From Amoebidium appalachense (Eukaryota; Protista; Ichthyosporea): a stretch of 64,000 nt of DNA. Location of the stretch: NCBI GenBank assembly GCA_963693365.1, contig CAVNZM010000002.1, forward strand, positions 6,647,943 to 6,711,942. The letters run 5' to 3'. Numbering within the stretch: the stretch's first letter is position 1; the number at the start of each line of letters is the position of its first letter. The position numbers and the translations under genes are program-made. Below the pieces are notes generated by a model, which was given only the letters and a program-made list of their open reading frames with translations, had not been told where the DNA came from and made no database searches. Shown here one piece after another: positions 39,554-64,000 of this stretch.

Positions 39554-40073
39554 GGATGAGGGGGGGACGGAATGTGAGTACTCTGTGGCCGGGAGGGGAA
39601 GGTATTGGTAGGAAAGGGCAGGTATATATGTGATTTCACGAGCAGAGCTGCCAATACATGTCGCCATCTTACCAGTCTCTGAGGCAGATAACTCCTCCTT
39701 CTGATGAGATGTATTGTTGCCCTCACTCGCTGAACCGTTATGGAAGGTGGCCCCAGCATCATGTGAGGTGGTTCCCCCGGATGAAGGACGGCGACCGCCA
39801 TCCTCATCACCACTCGACTGGTCCGGTTCATGCATCCCTGTGCACAAAGAATGTGTAGTCAGCACCTTTTGTGCCTTGCAAACATGGTGCCTGCAAACGC
39901 AGCAGAGACTATCCCCCCCCCCCCCCCCCCCCCCTTTCCCCCCCACTCTCACACACTCCCACACACCCATACAACACACCAATCCCCCACCAATCCCCTG
40001 TGTTTCCCGCCATGTCCTAACACCCCCCCCCCCCCCCTTCCCCCCTTCCCCCCATGACCCTCTCCCTCCCTCG

Positions 40074-40131
<58 letters not shown>

Positions 40132-40840
40132 TCTCTCTAACATAAAAAAAGCAGCCTCGTGAAAAACAACTGAAAAACTGCCTCGTGAAAAACAACTGAA
40201 AAACTGCATTATGACACAACGGTTACCATATATTTATTACCTTCGGGCCCTTGGTCTTTGCTGTTGTCCTCTGCCACTGGTGGCTCCAGAACGTCACCGT
40301 CGGGCCTCGGACGAGCGATGTCGTAATGGACGGTGCCGCTGTTGTAGGCAAGGTAGAATGTTGTGCCAGTGTTAATGGTTGCAGAGCGAGGCTGGACAGT
40401 AAACCACGGATAGTTTGCAGTTGACGAAAACACAGTCGTGGGCACGCCAAGCACATTCACTGCTGCTGCAAGCATAAGGTCGCCGACGTGGCCCGCAAAC
40501 TCGCCATCGCGCCGATATCGAGGTGCCTCCTGCCGCAGGTCTATGTGATCTTCCAAAAACATGTGATAGTCGGCTATGTGGCCGGGGCTCTCAATGTCGT
40601 CCACTGTAATGGTGCGTAGGTGACGTGTCGCGGCCCTCGTTGACATTGCTGCGGTGAACCCAAGATCGGTGAGGCGCCGGGCAAGGGGGTTGGTTGCAGG
40701 CAGATTTACTAACTGCTCTCTTATTTGCGTCGCCAGACTCGAAAACAAGCAGTCACCGTCACGTGCCACAGGGGGGGGGGGGGGGATGGGTTATAGATTT
40801 GGAGACCCAATGAACAAGAGTTGTGTAAAACGTATTCGCT
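37740..40840 (-). CDS. Spliced OTU-like cysteine protease + CXC/Tesmin-like Cys-cluster protein (transposon cargo; 5' and 3' ends uncertain)
   Basis: Exons ~40836-40241, 39837-39673, 38988-38605 and 38293-~37740, with consistent phase-1 junctions. OTU motifs VARDGDCLFSS, GHVGDLMLAAAVNVLGV and YLAYNSGTVHYD. Cys cluster CSCG...C...RCACNVKGVGCSRQCKCYNCRNP. Basic RTRKRHR. The frame upstream of the OTU depends on the length of a homopolymer at 40771-40785. Confidence 0.7.
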
Positions 40841-42571
40841 AATCGATGGTCACGTTGCATCGGGCCATGCAAGATGTCATTGCGAATCGCTAATCAAACA
40901 GGTCACAATGCATTGGGCGATGCAAGATGTACAAGTGCGAAACACAAACATAATTCACTGACACAGCCACTAACAGCCACCCACCTCGTCACCACTGTCG
41001 TCACATTCCGGATATAGTATGGGCGAGGAAGACCTGTTCTGTGCCCCATTTTTCACAGCAGAAATGATGTGGGCGGTCAGCAACAGAACCACAAGGATGC
41101 GAAGCCAGGATGTTTTGTCATGTGTGCACGCAGATGTGGAGCCCCACATTCTACCAGGGCGCCCCATCTTCACAAAGCAAGCCCACCAAAGGCTACCCCA
41201 AGGCCCAAATTTGAAAAGTGGAAGCGAACTGAACTGTGTGTTCTCGGGTTGCATAGCCTTTTGAAGCCACGAAAAGGTGTGAAACGTTCTGTTTAGTGGT
41301 GCACTGTGTCGGGGTCTCCAATTCCGTATTTCCTGGTGCGCTCTTGGCCAATCGTTTAGGGGTTTGGGACCGCGAATGAATAGGGAGGCACACACCTTTC
41401 CTCAGTAGATATCCGCCTGAGATAGCCTAGTGAATGGCCATGGTGTACACAGTATCCCACTGCCCTTTCTTTTACAATTGTAATGCAGACAATGTCGCCA
41501 AAATTTCTTTTTAAATGCCCCCCCCTTTTTTTTTCAAAAAAAAGCTGCCGTCTGAGCAATAGCCACCTGAGAGGTGTAGAGCCCTGGATGACTCTTCATC
41601 AATCAAATGCAAATCGATGTAGATATACGGTGGATATTATCGGAAAATTTTGCACCATTTCAGGCCCATTTCACACGGCACACTTAGCCACACTTATGTC
41701 AGGCCCCACCGCAATCACCTCATTATTGCCGAGCGATATGGACCACATACCTACTATGAGCCTGCCAAATACGTGCTTTCAATCTTTCTTCTGTACTTAT
41801 ACATAGAATACAGACAGATAGCTATATAAAAAGAGAAATATTAAAAAAGTGTACGTACGCATAATAATGCGTTGTGGTCAATTCAGGATATATTTGCACT
41901 AGGTAAGGGGGGGGGATCGGCGAGGGGGAGGGGGGGGTGTTGGGGGGGGGGGGGGGGGAGGGGGGGGGGAGGGGGGGGGAGGGGAGGGGGGGGGGGAGGG
42001 GAGGGGGGGGGGGGGGAGGGGGGGAGGGGGGGGGGGGGGGGGGGGGGGGAGGGGAGGGGGGGAGGGGGAGGGGGGAGGGGAGGGGGGGGGGGGAGGGGGG
42101 GGAGGGGGGAGGGGGGGGGGGGAGGGGGGGGGAGGGGGGGAGGGGGGGGGGGGGGGGAGGGGGAGGGGGGGGGGGGGGGGGCGCTGTGACAGGGGCGGGG
42201 GGGCATGAGAGGGGGGAAGGAGTGAATTTCCCATCGTAAGTATGAGCACCGTGTACTGTAATGCACATTTTGGGGCGGTGCCGGATATATTTACACACTG
42301 CCTGCAGGCAAAAGTAGCTACAGGTGCTCGCGGAATACATTATTTCTAACTACATTTTGAATAAAACAAATACTTATATATTTCTTTATAATAAAGCCTG
42401 ATATAAAGCCTCACTAGTATTTAGTCCATATGCACCATTATACGTACTGATGATACGGGGGTCGCATGCTGAGTCGCATGTGACGCGGCAGCGTACGGCC
42501 TACAATTTCCAGCCCTGCGCCAGCGTGGCAGGTTGTGTGACGTCATCAGTATGACGTCAGTTGCGGATCGG

Positions 42572-42720
42572 CCCGGGAACCAGTGTTTCGAGCCGGGAAC
42601 CACTGTTTCAAACTCGGGAACCAGTGTTTCGGGCCGGGAACCACGGTTCTGGCCCGGGAACTAGCCCCTGGATTCGACCCGTGTTTGTTCCCGGGAACTG
42701 CATTCCAGCTGCTGGAATGC
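42572..42720. repeat. Subterminal ~21-bp repeats (CCGGGAACCAnTGTTTC-like, 4-6 copies) plus perfect hairpin GCATTCCAGC-T-GCTGGAATGC
   Basis: Seen directly, adjacent to the right TIR. Confidence 0.85.
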
Positions 42721-42830
42721 GGGAACACCGTATCACTGAGGTGCCGCCGGATAAGCGGGAACAGGCTAAGTACGTGACTGGGAAGAGCAGGAATAAACAG
42801 ATAGACTATTCTATCATAACATTCCTGCCC

Positions 42831-42865
<35 letters not shown>

Positions 42866-43248
42866 TTTTCCTTCCTCGCGACCAGTGTCCCAACCCTTCC
42901 ATTCTTTCAAATTTTTTAAAATTCTCCCTCTCCGTCACTCAGGGAACAGCCCCGGGCGGCGGAGGGGGCCCTCAGCCCGATTCATCCCTCTCCAGATGCG
43001 ATTTCTTAGTAAGCAATATTGTATAATCCTGCAGAGGGCGTATACTTTTCTCCCACCGTACACACACAGAAACATGCGCATCCAATCAGCCCCATCCCCC
43101 CTCCCCGCCCCCCCCCCCCCCCCCCCCCCTTTTTTTGTCAGGGTATTGTGTCTCCAACCGTGCACTGTGACATACATGCGCACACACGGACACAGATATA
43201 CACTACACACATGTATATTACAACACACACACGTGTCACGTGCCCGTA

Positions 43249-43376
<128 letters not shown>

Positions 43377-43891
43377 CACCGTCCACCCCCTCCCCCCACC
43401 CCCTCCCCCTCATGTAAATGTCATCCGATACTATGGACCGATAGCCAATCTCAAGGACTAAGTTGTAACTAAATATGACTAGAAATGAACTGAGTGACCA
43501 ATTAGAAATTTACCCTATCGGTGCAGTTTATTTGGAAAATGGCGCCAAGATTCAGACCAATCATTTGACAGCTCGCGCGCGCCTTTACTCTCGAGATCTA
43601 CTCGAGACAAGCAAGTTGAAGCAACTTGACAGAGGCAAGACAGACAGACAGAGAAGGGTGACAGAGAGAGAGAGAAAGAGATCACGAGAGAGAAAGAGAG
43701 AGGGAGCGAGCGGAGAGACCACTGTCACATTCCACATTCCTGGTTTTGGCGCGTCGAGGCCACACATTTGATAATAAACCAGCGGCATCTGAAAACTCTG
43801 AACGACAACTTCGTCTTTCCCTCTTTTTCTTCTTTGCCTGACACACCAAAAATTGCTTCAGGAGTGCGTCTTTGTTTTATAAAAAGAAAAA

Positions 43892-60154
<16,263 letters not shown>

Positions 60155-60401
60155 TTATGTGATAGGAGGGGTTTATTGTACAGGTAGCAGGATATACGTG
60201 CTAATGAGCTGAAGGAGCGCTACTCAGCGGATTACTTAATTAATGTTGCTTAGATCTAACTTATTGAGTGTTGATGGGCCACCGTGGATTGCAGGTATGG
60301 ATGGTATTGATTCGGATATATTGATGTGTATCTTTGCTTGCCATTTTTTTTTTTTTAATTGTTTATTTTCTTTTTTTTTTTTCTTTTTTTTTTTGTTGTT
60401 G

Positions 60402-60579
<178 letters not shown>

Positions 60580-60757
60580 GAAAGTGGTCATGGGGATACT
60601 ATATTTTCGGCAGTGGCTGAAAAATGGATACTTGGACAGGGTTTGAGAGTCAAATCAGTGCCATAGCATGGCTCACAGGGTGTGTGGGTGGGTACAGGGG
60701 CAGATGACTCGTTCGAACTCAACAGTGCAAGCATGAACGAACTGGAGGCAATGCCCG

Positions 60758-60840
60758 ACATATGACGTCACAGGATTACCAATAGCAGCCTACATATGAC
60801 GTCACAGGATTACCAATAGCAGCCTAGATATGACGTCACT
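60758..60840. promoter_or_regulatory. Short tandem repeat carrying three TGACGTCA (CRE/bZIP) sites and two CCAAT boxes
   Basis: ACATATGACGTCACAGGATTACCAATAGCAGCCT x2 plus a third ATATGACGTCAC. No target gene identified. Confidence 0.4.
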
Positions 60841-61523
60841 ATGATTCCACACCGTTTAGCTTTAGCCATGCACACACATGGAGACTTAGCAGACACAAGT
60901 GTGTGTCACAGGGACGGGTACTTTGGTATCATGCAAATGTGTGCATGTCTGGGATATGTAATGTGCAAACGGCACTACTTGAAACTCATGAATATGGCAA
61001 ACTCGTTCTCTTCGCTTCATCATTTTCAGCATGCGCACATCCGTACACATACACACGTTCACACAAGCTCTCAGCCAAACACGTGCATACGTATACACTT
61101 TGCACACGCACACTTAAACAACACGTACATTTAGCTCGCACGTGCACACCAACGAAGTTGCGCTCATGTTTGCAAAAGCGTGAAAACAATCGTCACTACA
61201 CACACCCAGAACAAGCACAGACACTCGAACACTTCACAGGATAAACGTATGGCCCCACAAGCATTTACCAGTCCATAATGATACGGTGTACATAAAACCT
61301 TTATTTACTTCCGTAGGAGGCCAACTAATGTGATGATTGTGCACCAACCGAATGTTGTACACTAATTAGTGCCTATGCATATGGGGCCGTAAAGTGTTTT
61401 AGATTTGTGACTGTTTTTGCTCTGAGCTAGACAGGTGAATAAACACTGATACTTGCTTTCATCCACATCCAACAACAGGTGTGTGTGTGTGTGGTGGTGG
61501 CGGCGAAGCTTGTGTTGTGTGTG

Positions 61524-61567
<44 letters not shown>

Positions 61568-61658
61568 TGTGTGTGTGTGTGCATGTGTGTGTGTGTATGT
61601 ATACGTGCCACGCTGAGCACGTGCACGGGTGTGTGTTTTGGTGGTAATGGTGGTGGGA

Positions 61659-61699
<41 letters not shown>

Positions 61700-63916
61700 A
61701 GCAGAGCCCCATTTTGATGACGCAAGCACACATGCATATGCACACAGTACAGCAATACATGATCATGGACACAAGAGTCGTGGGCCATTCAATTGGTTCG
61801 ATCAGTGTCAAGGCCCATATATATGCGTGAGTGGGATGTGTGTGGGGGGTTTACGCACTATTTATTGCTAGTATGTGCATGTACATCGTCTGGGGCCCAG
61901 CCGCACTTGACGGCCTACTGTGTTTTCCAGCATGCGTACAGCCAATCAAATGCAGCCGGTGACATATGTACACGGTACGCAATATTACAACCCTATTATA
62001 GATTTTGGATAAGCAGCATGCAGAGGCTAGCATCATGGTAGCTCTGAGAATAAGTTAAGACACCGTATCACAATATCATACTGTGCAGCATTAATAAGGT
62101 GATCAAGAATAGTCATTTCAAAACGGATATCATGATTGAGGCAGAGAGGCAGAAAAGAGAATAAATCCGCCCCTAACCTCCGGTTCTATTACGTTAGTTA
62201 GCTAACATGTCACACTTGTCGATAGATATGCATCCGCGAGTAAACCGCCGGCCCCCACACAGATTACACATACGGACAGGAGACACCAAAAACGATTATA
62301 CCGACACGACATAATCGATCTTTGCGTGTTTATGCCACACAACATCATGAATAAACGAATCTATGTAGGAACGAGACGTGTGCTCTAACCGTATCCGCCA
62401 TACTGAGGCTATCAGTAGTTGGTGTTTTTGCTGTCCTAACACTGGAAGAGACTCACTCGACACCGTAAAGTAAAAAGATATCTAATATTATCAGCCATAG
62501 ACTTAAAACTACTCATATTCACACTATGATCCAGCCGTACCTCCGGTGGGGTCGCCAGCCAATCCGCATATCTCTCGACAATGGGCAGAGACGAAGTGGA
62601 TGGGAAGAGGTAGAGGGGCGAGTCCGGCGGGATGTGTGTGCACACTGCCTGTACATGTATTTGGCCAATACACACAAATGAACATACACATATGATTGCT
62701 ACTCTCCCAACGCATGTGCCCACACACTCAAAACACATATCCAGATTTTTCTTAATTTTATTGTTTGTAAATCTAGGCCGTCAGCCAAAGAGCACAGCCC
62801 CCCAGCCGGCCACTGAACCGACACCACCCATATCGGGTGCTAGCGACTACTCAGAAGGAAGTACCAAAAAAACACGTGTAAAGGCCAGTATAAATAATCC
62901 GGAATTTGAAAGCAGAACCACAAAAACATTAGAATGATGTGCCCGAACACAGCGCACACCATGTACATGTGTGTACTGCGCTCACAGGCACCACACGAAA
63001 CACACCATGCACGTTGTAATAGTAAATAAATTAATAGCTAAAAAGTATCTGTAACAGCCCTCTCTGGAGCCGTTGACTCAACACTTGCAACAAAACTGTG
63101 TCCTGACGCATCCATAAGGACAACCGTATCCCCATAGGCCATCATAAACAAAATTTTATGTTTTCGCATTATCGCCCTATGACAGGCGTGGAGCAAAGGG
63201 TATGTGTGCATATGTGTGGGGAAGGCAGGAAGAGGGAGAAGGTTCTGTTACCCCCCCCCCCCCCCCCCCCTCTCTCTCTCTCCCCGCCGCCCCCCTCCCT
63301 CTTTGTGTGGTTGATTTAGCGAGTGAACTGCCTGCCATCACCGCCCTGGTTGCTGCGTTTGAATATTTTGCCCTTTTCCCTCTTGTCGTCACCTGCACAG
63401 CACAACAATATTATGAGTATCCATACACCATGTGTACAGTGCACATCCAGCTTGCAGGTTATGCACATACCCGAGAGGTTTTCCACGTACTTGGCGGGTT
63501 GTAGTGTTCGTACAAAACACCACCACCCGTGCTGGTTTACAAAAATAGAGCAAAAAATCCACATGTTTATATCTCATGCCTACCAATGTGTGCCTAATAC
63601 TCAATGGGCGGCCAGGCCCCATCAGATGGAGCACTGTGATCCACTCCTTCATATGCATGTGTGGTGGGTGTGGATAAACGAGGTTACGTAAAGAGAAGGG
63701 GGGAGGGGGAGGAGACAGGGAGGGGGAGGGGGAGGGGGGGGGGGGGGGGGTTAAAAGCAAAAATCATAACAACGCAAAGAGAGAAAATGTACGTGTATGT
63801 CTGTGTGTGTGTGTGTGTGGGTGGTGGTGGTGGTGGTGGTGGGGGGTGGTGGGGGGGTAAAGCGCAAGTGCGAGCTCTGTGTGTTGTGTCTGCGTGCGCG
63901 CATGTGTGTATGTATG

Positions 63917-63972
<56 letters not shown>

Positions 63973-64000
63973 TGTGTCTGTGTAACTGAGCGCGCATCTG

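Noticed and set aside
40970-41810. Transposase exons in the 5' part of the TIR element
   Set aside because: Manual translation found no recognisable DDE or DxxH motifs or sustained ORF.

Overview
Eukaryotic, intron-rich genomic DNA, probably from a unicellular holozoan-like protist (inferred from gene content only). Introns are packed with (CA)n/(GT)n, (CT)n, (CCCT)n and poly-C/poly-G tracts, so most entries in the six-frame ORF track are spurious. Manual splicing gives four host genes: RanBP9/10-like (minus, 13 exons), an LRRC58/69-like LRR protein (plus, 8 exons), cyclin Q (plus, 2 exons) and ANAPC7 (plus, 16 exons). There is also an intronless TBL/PC-esterase O-acetyltransferase ORF and an intronless NSDHL/ERG26-like pseudogene. 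Mobile DNA comprises two inverted copies of a 5'-truncated non-LTR retrotransposon with an unusual tail beyond its poly(A), a non-autonomous Ngaro-type tyrosine-recombinase retroelement with complete split direct repeats, a 6.1-kb TIR element (25-bp TIRs, perfect 8-bp TSD) encoding a spliced OTU-protease/Cys-cluster protein with no visible transposase, and a hAT-like MITE. The most unusual signal is an intron-resident, sense-oriented dispersed repeat carrying all conserved hammerhead-ribozyme core nucleotides and their stems in a non-canonical strand order. All alignments and folds were done by eye.
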